Translations under genes and position numbers: made by a program
Assembly: GCF_009914755.1 (NCBI RefSeq)
Contig: NC_060933.1
DNA length: 64,000 nucleotides
Origin: the human T2T-CHM13v2.0 reference genome, Homo sapiens
Direction: 5' to 3' (one strand)
Shown here: one piece after another, positions 35,601 through 51,200 of the stretch
Layout: the number at the start of each line of letters is the position of its first letter
Numbering within the stretch: position 1 is the first letter of the stretch
Notes under the pieces: model-generated
Database searches by the model: none
What the model was told of the DNA's origin: nothing
Seen by the model: only the letters and a program-made list of their open reading frames with translations

Positions 35601-37009
35601 GAGAAAGCTCCCAGCCCATGGATTGGCACCCAAGGTTCTTGGCAGAGCCTCACCATGGCTGCAACAGGGCCCATGGGCCCCACCCCTGCCCTGGGACAGA
35701 GCCACAGCTGGGCAGAGGGTGGTCCCTTCCCGTTGTGAGGGGTGCTCAGGGGACCTCTGGAATCTGCCTCCCAGTCTGAGCTTCAGAGGCTGTTCTGAGG
35801 AGGCTGGCAGTGGTCTCGGAGGAGATGTTGGACACTCCAGGGGCTCCCACTGTGCTGGGTGTGAGAGACAGGGTGAGAGGGAGAAGCACAGCCTTTGACA
35901 TCAAGGCCCTTGGCGTGGCCTTGGTCCTGACTCCCCTGTTGCTGTGTGAGCAGTTCTAGCAAGTGGCATCACCCCAAGAGGCTCAGTTTACTCATCTGTA
36001 AATGGGGCTGGTGTCCCAGGGAACAGATCGTTATAAGAATCCGCTAAGATGTCTGGGGTCCCTGCTTCTCTTGGGGCTCTGTGGTCGTTGATAACAGTGT
36101 CTGATGAGGGAGCCCCATGTATAAGCCTGAGGGTGTGCGAGTCGGGGATGGGACCCTCGCATATACGCTGGCACTGTGGGGAGGGAGGCCATTGAGGGCT
36201 GGCACTGTGGGGAGGGAGGCCATTGAGGTGTCGGCCTGGCCTTGCTCCATAGTGACCAGGTAGCCTCTGAACTTGCAAAGAGTGTGTGGGTCAGGGCAGG
36301 GGTGGAAGTCCTTCTTTCTGGTGTGCCGCAGCCCTGGTGAGGTCGACGCGCTGTGGCTGAGCAGGTTTTTCACTCCTCTGCTCACACCCAGCGCCTGACG
36401 CACCCCAGGAGGTGCAGGTGAGCGGCCAGCGTGGCCTGTCAGGCCATGGGCTGGGGCAGACACAGGCACTGCCTCCAGCCCCCTCGGATAACAGGAGAGG
36501 CGGCCGTGAACCCTGCTGGGTTCATTACTGAAGACCGAGATCATCCATTCCTCCCATCTGTGGTTTCCTGAGGCCTGGACAGCTCAAAGAGCCCGAAACT
36601 CACCTGGAGCAGGTGCTACTCTGCAGCCGGGCACAGGTGCACCTGGTGGACACTTAGAGACATCCCTCTGAGGACAAAATGCTTCCCTTTGGAGAGCAGG
36701 AAATGCAGCTGTCAGTTCGCCCCTGGAGTCCTCCAGGTTCTTGGCCCACCTGGCTGTCAGGAGGAATTGCTCTGAATTCCAGAGTTTTACAGGCTTCCTT
36801 GGAGACAGCAATTGCTCTGAATTCCACAGTCTTAGAGCCTTCCCTGGAGGCCCATGCAGGAGGCCCATAGAGTAGAGCTGAGGCCCATGTGACAGTGGCA
36901 ACAGTGCTGCGGCCCACTTTCCACCGAGGGAGGACACGTGAGACCCTGGAGGCTCTGGGGAGTGGGCTTCACCCCAGCTCACTGTCAGCCCAGGAGCAGC
37001 AGACCCAGG

Positions 37010-37453
37010 ATGCAGTGGGCTGGATGTGCCCCCAGAAAAGGTGTGTTCAAGTCCTAGCCCCTCTGCATCCTGGGAGTTGACCACATCTGGGAAAGGTCTT
37101 TGAAGAGGTGATTAAGATAAACATTTTGAGATGAGATCCTCCTGGATTAGAGTAAAACCTAAATCTAATGGCAGGTGCCCTTCGAAAGGCAGAGGGACAC
37201 AGAAGGAAGGGGCCATGTGAAGACAGAGGTACAGACGGAGCAATGCGGCCACAAGCGAAGGAATGCCGGGGGCATCAGAAGCTGGAAGAGGCAGGAAGGA
37301 TCGCCCCTGGAGCCTCGGAGGGAGCCTCAAAGGGGTCCCTGTGACACCTGGTTTCCGACTATGGCCTCCGGAACGGGGAGAGTATCCATGTCCTGCTGTT
37401 TTAAGCCCCTAGTTTGTAGACCTCTGTTACAGCAGCCCCAGGAGACCCTGACA
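37010..37453 (+). mobile_element. MLT1 (MaLR) solo LTR
   Basis: Characteristic GAGATCCTCCTGGATTAG...AAATCTAATG, AGAAGCTGGAAGAGGCAGGAAGGA and GTTACAGCAGCC end. Confidence 0.82.
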
Positions 37454-37795
37454 CAGACCCGGGTGTGTGGCCGAGGCCGCGCATCCCTGCTCCTTGTCGC
37501 CCCCGAGCCAGCGCTGCCTTCCCATCTGCAGCAGCTCTGCTCAGCTCCTCAGCCCTTTCCCTGCCGCAGCATCTTCCACTGTGACCCCATGGGACCCGGC
37601 CCCACAGCCCAGGCCCGGCACGCTCGAGTGACTCCACCCAAGGTGGGCCACACAGAAGGGGTCCAGGCAGGTCACAGGCACTGACCCCACATCAGGGAGG
37701 CCTGGGGCAGGGTCTCAGGGAGCAGGAGGAGAAGAGGGTTCAGCTGGGAGACAGCAGGCGCAAAGGCCCTGAGGCTGCAGACTCAGAAAGGAGCA

Positions 37796-38655
37796 AGTGT
37801 CTGGGGTGTCTGGAGTATCTGGGGTGTCTGGAGTATCTGGAGTCTCTGGGGTGTCTGGAGTGTCTGGAGTATCTAGGGTGTCTGGGGTGTCTGGAGAGTC
37901 TGGAGTATCTGGGGTGTCTGGAGTATCTAGGGTGTCTGGGGTGTCTGGAGTGTCTGGAGTATCTGGGGTGTCTGGAGTGTCTGGGGTGTCTGGAGTATCT
38001 GGGGTGTCTGGAGTATCGAGTGTCTGGGGTGTCTGGAGTATCTGGGGTGTCTGGGGTGTCTGGAGTATCTGGGGTGTCTGGGGTATCTGGAGTATCTGGG
38101 GTGTCTGGAGTATCTAGGGTGTCTGGGGTGTCTGGAGTATCTGGGGTGTCTGGGGTGTCTGGAGTATCTGGGGTGTCTGAGTATCTGGAGTGTCTGGGGT
38201 GTCTGGAGTATCTGGGGTGTCTGGGGTGTCTGGAGTATCTGGGGTGTCTGGAGTATCTAGGGTGTCTGGAGTGTCTGGAGTATCTGGGGTGTCTGGGGTG
38301 TCTGGAGTATCTGGGGTGTCTGAGTATCTGGGGTGTCTGGGGTGTCTGGAGTGTCTGGGGTGTCTGGAGTATCTAGGGTGTCTGGGGTGTCTGGAGTATC
38401 TGGGGTGTCGAGTATCTGGAGTGTCTGGAGTATCTGGGATGTCTGGAGTGTCTGGGGTGTCTGGAGTATCTGGGGTGTCAAGTATCTGGAGTGTCTGGAG
38501 TATCTGGGGTGTCTGGGGTGTCTGGAGTATCTAGGGTGTCTGGGGTATCTGGAGTGTCTGGAGTATCTGGAGTGTCTGGGGTGTCTGGAGTATCTCGGGT
38601 GTCTGGAGTATCTGGGGTGTCTGGGGTGTCTGGAGTCTCTGGGGTGTCTGGGATT
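37796..38655 (+). repeat. 9-bp minisatellite (GGTGTCTGG / AGTATCTGG / AGTGTCTGG variants), ~860 bp
   Basis: Read directly. Confidence 0.96.
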
Positions 38656-39995
38656 TCTGGGCTGGGCTAGAGGGGCTGGGGCAGGAGGGGTGGAGAACTG
38701 GGAGGAGAGCCTCTGCCCTAGGGGAGAGTTTTGTGCACAGCAGGGACATTGGCTGTCCCCAGCTGCTAACCTGCTGCCAACCTGGAGCCCCCGTGGGCTG
38801 GGCAGGCCTGGCTGATGATACCCAGGATGAGCAAGGTAACAGCTGTGAACAGGGGCCAGGGGCCAGGGTGGAGCCTGCTGGGTCCTCTCTCTGCACCTGC
38901 TCCCCATGTTCTCCGTGGCTCCTCTCACTCAGGCCTATCCCTATGGCTCAGAACAGCTCAGAAAGCCCTGGCCAGGGTGCCCCCCAGCTGGCCTGGGCGG
39001 TGCTGCAGTCCAGCCTTCCTGACCACCTCGAGGCAGCCATGCAGGGGCCTGGACTCCAGGGACCTGGACAGACCCTCCCTCAGCTGGGGCAGCTCTCTGG
39101 GGGTGAACTCAGGAGTTGGAACCCAACGCATTCCTGATCCTCTCCGGGACCACTTCCACTTTCTGACTCCTTTTCCTCCCTGAGCTCAACATGACAGAGG
39201 AGGGCTTAGGCCTTTGTTCTGAGCGAGTGAGAACTGATGCTAAACTCTTGGGCTCACACCAGACAGCAATTAAACGTCCATCAGCCTTCCCGTTCCCAGG
39301 CTGGTCCTCCTTAGCCTGGGGTGACCTGGAGGTGGCTCCCCACCCCTCCCAACCAAAACTTAAATTGAATAAATAGATGGGACTTCCGAGGGGCCTTCGA
39401 GGAGGGGCTCTCCCGAATGCAATCAGCCAAAAAGGGCTGAGAGCTTTGGAAACGATTTCATTCATCAGCCTAATGGCTTTGCAACCCTGTCTGAGGAAGC
39501 TCAGGGTTAGGGCTTTTGTCTCTGATGCCAGCGCCTAAGCCCCTTCCCTGGGCAGGAATGTGGGCTCCCTGGACCCCAGCCCAACCCCACCGCCCTGAAA
39601 CCAGAGCCACAGGCTCAGCCGGGTTGACTTTGGCTACAGGGCCAAGGCCCCCGCTTTTCCCAGGCTCTGCGAGATTTTGTTCCAAGCAGAGCAATTTCTT
39701 GGGCACTTTCCCTGGGATCAAGTGTTAGCCAGGGCTGTAAATCTTTTGTTCCAAAATGCAGACCTCATTCTTCTTGGTTTCTGACACAGATTTGCAGTAA
39801 ATTAAATGAGAGGGGCCTGGAGGTGGGACTTAACGTCCTGAGTGATTCTGTGGGGTGCCAGCCATGAAGAGTGCCGTCTGTGGAAAGGCCACAACCTTGG
39901 ACCTGGGATGTGGGTTTCTCTCGCTCCTCTTGGTCTGAGAGGGCACCAGGAGACCTTCTGCCCAGGGCCAGGCTGTCCTGGGCACCAACCTCCAA

Positions 39996-40562
<567 letters not shown>

Positions 40563-41483
40563 TGATTAGAACTGGGGCTCTGAGAGTGGTCAGGGGAGGT
40601 CTTAGGGGGTCGAACCAGCCTCAGCCCAGTGCTCCGAACCAGTACCTCTGCCCACAACCCCAGATGGCCTCACGTGGGGCAAATGTCACCCAGAAGTTCA
40701 CGTCCAGCACAGTCCTCAGGCAGCCCCACAGGCGGGGCCTGGATAGTGCTGCCAGGGGCCTTGCCAGCCCAGGTCCTGAGTGTCCCCATCTCTGCCATCT
40801 GAGGAGGGCAAGGATGGCTTCGTTCCTTATTGCTACAGAGATTTCTGGGACTGTTCAACCAAGAGCTGCCATGCCTTTGGTGGTGGAGGATCCGGGAGCG
40901 GGTCACTGCGGAGGGCCCAGCTCTGCCGAGGAAGCTGCGTGTTCTCCCTGTGCTCCAGGGAGGGCGGCCAGTGGGGCGGGCAGCGGGGCTTGGCTGGGCG
41001 ACTCCTGCTCAGCTTACTTTGAACAAACACAGTGACCTAAAGCAGAGCCGGGCGCTCCAATCTTTTCATCAGGAAAGATTTAATTTATTGGGAGCGCAGA
41101 GCCACAAATCACAGGCCTGGAGATTTATCGCCTCCAGGGGCAGAATTGACCACAGAGGGAAGGCAGCCTTCCCAGGCCCGCCTGGCTCCTTTAATAAAGT
41201 TGAAAATGTAAAATATGCCCTGTCCCGCACCGGGCGCCTTGGGTCCCACGGCTGAGTTTATGGAGGAGGCAGCATGACCATCATCTCCTTACGGAGAACT
41301 CGGCAGGGGCCTCCTGGGCCAGGGCTCGTGTGCTTAGGGTTGCAGTGCTGGTTGGGGTGGCGGTGGGGAGAGTCGTACTCCGCGGGTGCCAAGGAGGTGC
41401 TGGGGCCCAGGAGGGGCCCCGAAGATCAGCCTTTGGAAGACCTGGAAGACGGGGAGGAAGAGCACCAGCATTGTAGGCAGGGG

Positions 41484-41694
41484 AGCACTGGGGGAACTGG
41501 GATCAGCGTGGCCGTCGCGGGCGGGGACAGCACTGGGGGAACTGGGATCAGCGTGGCCGTGGAGAGCGGGGGGAGCACTGGGGGAACTGGGATCAGCGTG
41601 GCCGTGGAGAGCGGGGGGAGCACTGGGGGAACTGGGATCAGCGTGGCCGTGGAGAGCGGGGGGAGCACTGGGGGAACTGGGATCAGCGTGGCCT
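41484..41694 (+). repeat. 45-bp tandem repeat, ~4.7 copies
   Basis: Unit AGCACTGGGGGAACTGGGATCAGCGTGGCCGTGGAGAGCGGGGGG. Confidence 0.93.
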
Positions 41695-44600
41695 TCGTGG
41701 GCTTCACAATCAACAGAGCCCGCCCCTGCGCTCATGGAGCCTCCAGGCCCCGAGCTGGGCTCTTCACGATGTCTCGTCCCCGAAATCCTGGTGACCAGGC
41801 GTCAGAGGCTCTTCCTACTCCTGGCTCACGGGCAAGGATGCCAAGTCTCAGACTGGCAGAGGCCCCTTGTGCTGAGTCCCCAGAGCCTGCACACCCCCGC
41901 CCCCGGCTCCTCACTCTACCTCCTCAGGTCCCCAGCTGGTAACACTACCACTCACACACAAACCCCAACCCACCGGGGCTCAGTCACACACTGAAAGTCA
42001 GCCCCGACCCTGTGGGCAGAGCTGGGGGCAAGGAAGCCCCAGATGCCCCTCAAGTCCGCGGGAGCCCCCCATGCTGCCTGGGGCATTGAGATCTTTGTGG
42101 GGGGTAAGGGATCCCCTTTCCCAGCATTGCAGAGAGCATGGGCAGGCCTGTGATCAAAAGCGGCCCCTGCTGGACCTGGCGCCAAGGCCAGGAGGAGACA
42201 GAGCTGAGCTGGCCAAAGGGGCAGGGCTGCTCACCCCCATCCCAGGCTTGTCCCCCTCTGTAGCTGCCACAGCTCCATCCCTGAAAAAATGCCCCCAGTC
42301 CTCAGTGAAGAGCCCCAGAGCTGGAGGGACCCTCCTGGGGCCCCCTCCCCGTTCCTGGCTCTCCTGTCCGGGACAATGACATCCTTAGAAGATAAGCTAA
42401 GCCTGTGCCATTCAACCTCAATCCACCCCTCAGGCAGTGTCAGCTCCCGAGCCTCAGGGCTTCCCTCAAACTGCCACTTCCAGGGAGGACTGAGCAGGAG
42501 CAGGGGTGTTTTCCAGCAGGCACTGCGAGGGCTCAGGGCTGGGCCACAGGCCCCCCGGGAGGTTCCAGAGTCCGAAACTGGGGCCTGGAATCTCGGGACC
42601 TTGGACAGTCTGGCAAGGAAAGACAGACTCCCGAACCTCTTCAGCTGCAGCTGGGGAAACAGGCCGGGAGGGAAGGGATTCACTCAAAGCCACAGGGGAG
42701 GTAGTGAGCCCACAGAGGGCCCAGCCAGCCTCCAACAGACCACAGACCCAAGGGTCACCCTTGCCGGCTGGGATGGGTCCAGTGTACCCCAGACACCCCC
42801 CGGGGCCCCGTACATGGCTCCTTGTTCTTCCGCCCACCCTGCAGTAGGGACACGTCCACTGAAAGTCAGGCTGCCTCAGGAGGAGCCGCCTGCCCTTTGT
42901 CCTGCTTCCCAGGTGGGATGTTTGCTCCTTGCCGGAATCAGACAAAACGGTGAAGCCCTTTCTTTGGCCTGAGCTAAATTCTACAAAACAGCACCCCCTT
43001 GCAATGTGTGTTTTTGCATGTAAAATAAATAAATAAATTTTAAAAATAAGGCAGTGTCCCCCTAACCTCCATACCCCAGTGGTGCTTTCTTGCAAGTTTA
43101 TCCAGCAACGCTGAGGGCAAACCTTTCCAACCCGGGACACATGTGACTCTGGGTCTCTCCAGGAGCGGGAAGTTCAGGCTGAGAACTTTCTTCAGCAGGG
43201 AAATCAGAGAAGTGGCCTCGGAGGAGAGAGGAGGTCAAGCAAGGTCTGGCAAGGAGCAGATGTGTGTGTGCACAGACGTGTGTGAGCGTGCACACCTGTG
43301 TGCAGCGTTCATGTATGTGTGCACGCGTGTAACTGAGCACAACGTGGCCATGTGCGTGTGTCCCCGCACTGGGTGGGCAGCCCCCTGCGTGAGCGCGTGT
43401 GTGCACACACAGCGTACTTGCCTGGTGTGTTCATGGATACCTGTGGGCAGCCTCACCTTCTTGGGGCCCTCCCGCATCAGGCCTGGTGCTCCGGGGTTCC
43501 AGAGCCCTGAGACCCCAGGGTTGGGATAACCCGGCAGCCCCTGCTCTGAGTCACCCGTGGGCCCCTGGGCAGACCAGGCCTCCCCATGCCCGGGGCCTCC
43601 CCAGTGCCCAGCTGCCCAGGCCCTGGCAGAACATGCAGCCCAGCCCCTGCCCGCAGCCCGCTCTCTCCCCTCACCAGAGGTTGCAGCTCTGGGACCACCC
43701 ACTTGCCCAGCCCGTGCCCCCCCGCCCCCCAAGCACTCTACTTAATGTCTTTCTCATCAGGAGTTTTAAATTATAAGCCTAAATGAGGTCTATAAATTTG
43801 ACTTCATAAAATCCCGTGCACATCATTTTCCAGCAGAAAAGACTCTGTAAGAAATATTTGCCATGCGACCCTCTGCACCCCCTCCCTGGGCAATAGAACA
43901 TTTATTCTAATATTAAAATGGCAGGCGTTCTATAAATCGTGAGTCACCAACACTCTTCATTGATTTTCCTGTGGTCTCCAGCCCGGGGTAGGAGCCGTGT
44001 GAATATCTGTCTATTCGATTGAGATTCATACCCTATTTGGGGGTCAAAGAGCGAGACCTTGTGAGCTTGAACTTCTATCAGCCCAAAGCTGATCAATACT
44101 TGGAGATATATTGGGGCCCGGCTGCTCACACAGATTAAGTGGCCATAAATACGAGGTGAGGGGGTACCTGGGCCCTCCAGAGGGAGGCAGGAGGCCTGGA
44201 GGGTCTGATCAGAATTGGAGGCTTCCCTGGGGGCCCCAAGGGGAGGGGTCACCTGAGGGGCTGGATCTGGCGTGGGGGAGCCAGGGGTGCAGGGCCGAGT
44301 GGTAGGGCAGGTTGAGGCGCTGCCTCCAGCCCTATGCAGGCCCTCCTGGCCCACCTTGACGGGCTCAGAGGTACGGGAGCCCAGAGGGATAGCCACCAAG
44401 GCCTGGGGAGGCTAGAAACAGCCGAGAGACCCTGGTCCTGGGCGGAGAGGGGCCTGGGATGCAGGAGCTGCCGCATCAGAGGGACCTTCTCACCTCCATT
44501 CGCCAGAACGTTCTGCAGGCTGGAAGGGCATACCAGGAGGGGTTTTAATCATTCAATTAGATGATTTTCATCACTAAATCACTTGTTTTAATCATTAAAA

Positions 44601-44907
44601 ATGATTTAAATTTTACCCACGTTCTCTGCTTGGTTTCCGGGGCCTCGGAGGCCTGTCCTGTCCTCTCATAGAGAATGAGATCTTGATACTCTGTACAAGT
44701 TGATGCGATATCCTGATGCATTTCGGGGAACTCGGCATAAAACGAAGAAATTTGTGCAAAGGGGGCCGGGGGATGAGAGTAGAGACTGTCTGTGCTGGAG
44801 CCTGAACTGCACGGGAAGCAGCATCTTCAAGGTTCACATGTCCAGCTACAAGTTCATATGAGTAACAGACCAGGTAAATATTTGAGGTCAAAACCCTACC
44901 ATGTTTT

Positions 44908-45230
<323 letters not shown>

Positions 45231-45254
45231 TTAACAAAAGTATTTATTTGCTTG

Positions 45255-45486
45255 GGGAGGAAGGAAAGGAAGGAAGGAAGGAAGGAAGGAAGGAAGGAAG
45301 GAAGGAAGGAAGGAAGGAAGGAGGGAGGGAGGGGAGGAGGGAGGGAGGGAGGGAGGAAGGAGAGGGAGGGGAGGAGGGAAGGAAGGGAAGGAGGGAAGAA
45401 AGGAAGGAAGGGAAGGAGGGAAGGAAGGGAGAGAAGGAAGGAGGGAAGGAGGGAAGTAAGAAAGGAAGGAAGGAAAGAAGGAAGGC
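45255..45486 (+). repeat. (GGAA)13 plus degenerate polypurine tract
   Basis: Perfect GGAA run 45268-45319. Confidence 0.95.
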
Positions 45487-46774
45487 AGGCAGGCTTGCTC
45501 CTCTCTGGGCCTTGGCCTCCCGGCTTGTCCTCCTTCCTGGGGCTACTCCCCTGCAGAGGCCACCTCCTCCCTCTCCTGCACTAGACCCACCCTCACCCTC
45601 GGGGCCTCTCCTGATTCTGCCTTGGACTCCAGCTCATTCTGTTGGACCTCAGGACCCTTGAGGCAGGCCCAGGGGCTCCCTTCTCCCTGCGCCCTGCACA
45701 GCCCTGGGCTGGTGACATGGTTCATCCTACATTTTCTGAGCACCTATTGGATCCCGGTCCCAGGAAAGCATTAGGAAGTCTGCAGAAGCCGGCCCTGCCT
45801 CATCTGGGGCAGGAGGAGCCACAACCCCCAGGATGCGGGGTTTTATGAAGGACACTGTAGGGGCACAGCTCACAGGGCCCACCTCTCCTGGACGTGTACA
45901 TAGGGGTCCCCAGCTCTGCAGGCACGCCCTAGCTGTACCCTTGGGGTGGGGTCCCTCTTCCCGCCTCCTCATAGATCACCCACCCCGACTGGCTGGAGGC
46001 CTGCCTGCCTGCCAGCCTCTGACATCATGCATGCAATCTATTAAGTTATTAGGGAGATAAATAATTTGAACTCTGGCCTTTTACCTTTTCCCCTGTGGGC
46101 GGCCACCCTGCACGGCACCTCGGGCCGCCCCGCCCAGAGGAGCAATTTCATTAGGAGTATCCGCGGCAGCTGGCAGAGGCCAACCGGTGAGGCCCGCGAG
46201 TGGAATTTCTTTATGGAGATGAGAAATAGGAATATGAAATTTTAAGCCTCAGCGGATGTAATTTAACTTTGCATTATTTATCGGGGACACAAATCCTTTC
46301 TAATATTGGCGGATTTGGGAGGCCAGGGCAGGGTCTTGGGGGCCTTAGGGAGCTGCCAAGGCACTGGCCGGGCACCCCTGCCTGCCCCCTCCAACCACCC
46401 GCAGCCAATAAAAAGCTGCTGGGAGAGTCAGGGGACCGAGGCGTGATGGGCGGGGGCTGCAGATGCCTGCCCGGGCTGAAGGGTGAGAAGGAAGGGCCCC
46501 AGCTGGTGGCAGGACAGGGGTCATTGCTGCCAAGGCTGGACAGCAGCCCCAGGCCCTGGAGAGGTGAGGCCCCAGCAGGTGCCCTGGGCTGGAGCCTGTG
46601 CCCAGGATGACTTGCTCAGGGCCACACGGGGCCCTGCTCTCCTGTGTGCCCAGCCCCAAGTAGGGACCCTAGTGCACCACGTCCACGGGCCTGGCCAGAC
46701 CTCAAGGCACAAGTCAGCACTGGCCAGGGACCGGCCCGGGCAGGGGGAGCCGAAAGTAAACCCCTTGGAGACAC

Positions 46775-47256
46775 ATTAGTGTCCTGGGGCTGCTATCATA
46801 AAGTGCCGCCAGCTTGGCAGTTTACACAACGGAAAGGCATCCTGCCGGTGTCGGGGGGCCACAGTCTGAAATCAAGGTGGCCTGCTGGGGTGGCTGCCTC
46901 CAAGGGCTGGGGGAGAATCATCGTCCTGTCCCACGCCTCTCTCCCCGCTCCTGGTGGCTGCTGGCGTTTGCCCGTTGGCTTCCGCCACACCTGCCTCTGC
47001 CATCACTTGGCCTTCTGGTAACGCCTCCCATGTGCCTTTGGTCCAAATCCCCCTCTAAGAAGAGGAAATGCCTGGATCCGGGGCAAGGACAGTCTGAGAA
47101 GGATCTGCCTTGGATCAGGGCCCCCTACTCCAGCGTGGCCTCATCTCAACTTGCTCTCATCAACAAAGACCATATTTCCAGATAAGGCCATATTCACTGG
47201 GACAGGGGTTAGGACGTGGGCATATTTTTTTGAGGGACACAGTTCAACCCCTAACA
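46775..47256 (-). mobile_element. MLT1 (MaLR) solo LTR
   Basis: ATTAGTGTCCTGGGGCTGCT...TCTGAAATCAAGGTG...TATTTCCAGATAAGG...CACAGTTCAACCCCTAACA. Confidence 0.8.
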
Positions 47257-47293
47257 GGAAGTGGGGGGCAGGAATGGGGGGCCTGTCATCTCA

Positions 47294-47670
<377 letters not shown>

Positions 47671-47929
47671 TGTAATTTGTTAACTATCAGTATTCCATGC
47701 TCTTGAATGTTTTTGTTTTTGTTTTTGCATAGAAAAGATTATTCAGCATAGTTATTTTGGTTTTTGAAATATTCAACTAATTTAAAACTGTAGCTGTTCG
47801 TTAAGCTTTTACGTTCAGTTTACAAATATGATTCCATTAGGAATCTTAGTAAATTTTAAAAACAATGTGAAGGAACTTCCACTACTCAATTAAATTTCCT
47901 TCAACATTTAAACTTAAAATTTGGTTTCC

Positions 47930-48236
<307 letters not shown>

Positions 48237-51200
48237 TTAATTGCTTCAGTTGTTGGACATAAAGCAAACGTCTCATGAACATGGACCATTCTTTCATATC
48301 TTAAAAACACATTAAACTTGCAAACATGAAGACTCTTCAGCCCTCTTATATTTTCGATCTAGTTTACAAAGTTGATCATGGATTGACCTAACAGCTTAAG
48401 TCGATGAATTAACCATTTCCTTTTGGAATCGCAGCTAACTTCTGACTAACGGGCCAAGTTACTTTAACCAAGACAAAAACAGAAGAGAGCAAACAGGCAG
48501 GTTCCTTTACCCCAGATGCATCGACATTCCTAGAACCAGTTCTCCGTGTTGTTGAGTTCAATTACGCCTACTCCAAATGAAACAATGAGGAGTTGTTTTA
48601 GGGGGGACCATGTGGCCCCGACCCCCAGGCCAGACGCAGAGTTGCAGCCTGTAAGAAGTCAGAGCCTGTGCGAGGCCGGGCCGCCTCCTAACGCCACCTC
48701 CCCACTCGAGCTGCTGCTGCCTGAGCCCTGACCTCTGTCAACATCTCCCCCATCTGGAAAGCCTGACCCCCCACTCTGGTCAGCTCCCGGCCCCTCCTCA
48801 CCCCTGCACGGCACTCGCCACTCCTGACGCTAGATGTCAGCTCGGTGGGAGCTCAGTGGAGGACAGGCCGAGTGCCCCAGCGTTCTGGGGGCAGCTGAGG
48901 TATTCCCGGGAACAGGAGGAAGGGGTGGCAGGGTCTCGCCGGCTGTCTCAGCTCCCCAGTCCCCCACAGCTGTCCCCATCGACCCCGGGCCCATTAACAC
49001 CTCTTGTTGCTGCCCCACGACTGGGGGAGTCAAAGGAGATGGTTCCGTTTAAAAATCCCTCAAAGGGTTTGTTAAGGAACAGTGACAGGGGGCGGGTCTG
49101 GGCAGGCCTCGGGGGTCCGACCCTTCTAGACCCTCACGTAGTGCCTGCCTGCCTGGGGCCTGCACACAAAGGGACAGATGGATGGCCAGATGCAGGCATG
49201 GGGGCGCGGGCGGCAGGGATGGGCGTGGGGTTGGATGGTCCAGGCGGCCACCAGGGCCTGCCTTCTTCGCAGTGGCCGGCCACGTCCCTGGGCCACCCAG
49301 GCGGCACCTGCCCCTCAGGTGACTGAGCCCCACCTCCGGAGCCAGCTCCCCAGGCCCACTGGGTGCCCTCCCTGGCCCGCTGCCCGAGGGTGCCACAGGG
49401 CAGCCACACGCCTGCCTCAGGGTAGGAGGAGGGAACGGGGCCAATGGTGGAGGTGCCACCCAGGGCGGCTCCTGGGGTGGAGGGGACAGAGCGAGGGCCC
49501 CAGAGCCCAGAGGCGAGCTCTGCACAGCAGGAGGGCAAGTGGGCGCTGGCACCGCGCGGTGGCGGGCAGTGGCGCTGGAGCTGTGAATAGGATCGGTAGC
49601 AGCAATGGACAGCAGCTGCCGCTGTTCCAGCCGTTACTGCGGGAAACGGTTTTAGGCCTCAGCCTTTCCAAGCTTCCTCTCTTGATGGCTGGGACACACC
49701 ACGTGGTTCTCCTCCTTCTCTGGGACTCGCCTCTTGCCCACCCCTCCTCCCCACCCCTCCACCCTAGCCCACACCCCCCTCCCAGGGCACCTCTTCACAC
49801 TGCTGCTGTGCTTGGAGAGGTCACATTCAAAGCTGCCAAAACTTACTGTGTGACCCCAAATGCACCACTCCCCTTGGCCCCTCCCAGTCCCCCGTCCCAC
49901 GATGGGTAAAAGGGGCTTCCTTCAGTTGTTCCCTCCCCGAGAGAGACCCCTCACTTTCTCTCAGTGCCCCCCAAAGCCGTCACAAGCTCATGACCACATC
50001 CACACACATCTCTACCTCCATGCCTAACCCCAGGCCCCGACCACCACCGCCTCCGCCAGGGACATCAGCTGGTCCCTAATCATATTGCTGCCCTGGACCG
50101 AGCCCCCCGAGGGGGGCAGGCAGCCCTCTGGGCAACCCAAGGGCCCCCACCCAGCTCTGGCTCAGCCTCTTTGGACCTGAGCTCTTCCCACATCCGCTCT
50201 CGCCGGGATGCCCTTCCCAGGTGGGGATGCCTCAGACCTCGTGGGAGCACGGCCTCTCCGGGAGCCTCCCTTGGCCACCGCTGCCACTGCAGCTCAGCTC
50301 CTTCCTGACCTCTGACACTGGAAGGGACCCTGCTGCCTCGTTCAAGGTCAATCCCCAGGCTGGGAACAGCATTTGCTCCCTTAACCCTAAGGACAGGCCC
50401 ACGAGATAAATGTATTCCCGACCCCACACTGCAGGTGAGAGAATGGGGCTTCAGAGAGTTCTGGTGCTGATGGAAGCCAGTTAGCTGCTCTGCGGTGCAT
50501 CCATAAACCATGAGGGCTCCAGGCCCACTCGACTGTCCCGGAAACGGGCGTGGAGACAGTGTTTCAGAGGGAAACTTTTCTCAGGTCCTCCAAGCTGACC
50601 TCAGCCGTCTTTATTATAATTTCAATATGTGAAAATCAGAATGCAGGTGAACATCCCCGGGCCTGTGGCCTTCGGTAATGATAAAATCAAAACAGCTTTG
50701 GCTAAAATTCAGAACACTGCATTCCAACTAACCGTTCATTTCAGTGACAAGAAGGCTCCTTCCTCCGTCAACCGTGTCATTGCCGCACCCAAGAAGTCCA
50801 TGCCCGTCGCGCTGTCCAGCGTCCAGCCCACCCTCATTGCCACCTGGGAGCTGTAGGAACCCTGGGTACCGGGCCTCAAACCTGGGGTTCTTGGCACCTG
50901 GGAGCTGTAGGAACCCCAGGTACCAGGTCTCAAACCTGGGGCTCTTGGGGGAGGGTCCCCACCGCCACGCGATTTGTTTCTAGCCCCTCAAGTGGTTCTA
51001 AACGCACAGGCAGGGTCAGCTCCAAAACACAAAATTTTAAAGATTCTGGCAAAGCACGCAGGATGCGCTGAGAACGATGGCCCCTTCGCTGCAGCGTGAG
51101 AAACTCAACGTCACCCAACCAGGACAGGGAGGGAGGAAGACCGGGGGCCGGGGAGAGCCACAGTGGCGACCGTGAACAGGGTCCCCACATGCTCAGAGGC

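Noticed and set aside
37797-38928. SGV-repeat, collagen-like ORFs
   Set aside because: 9-bp minisatellite with frequent frameshifts and stops.
50629-50856. 75-aa ORF with protein-like composition
   Set aside because: No recognisable family or splice context; better explained as an AT-rich non-coding island. PhyloCSF or tBLASTn would settle it.
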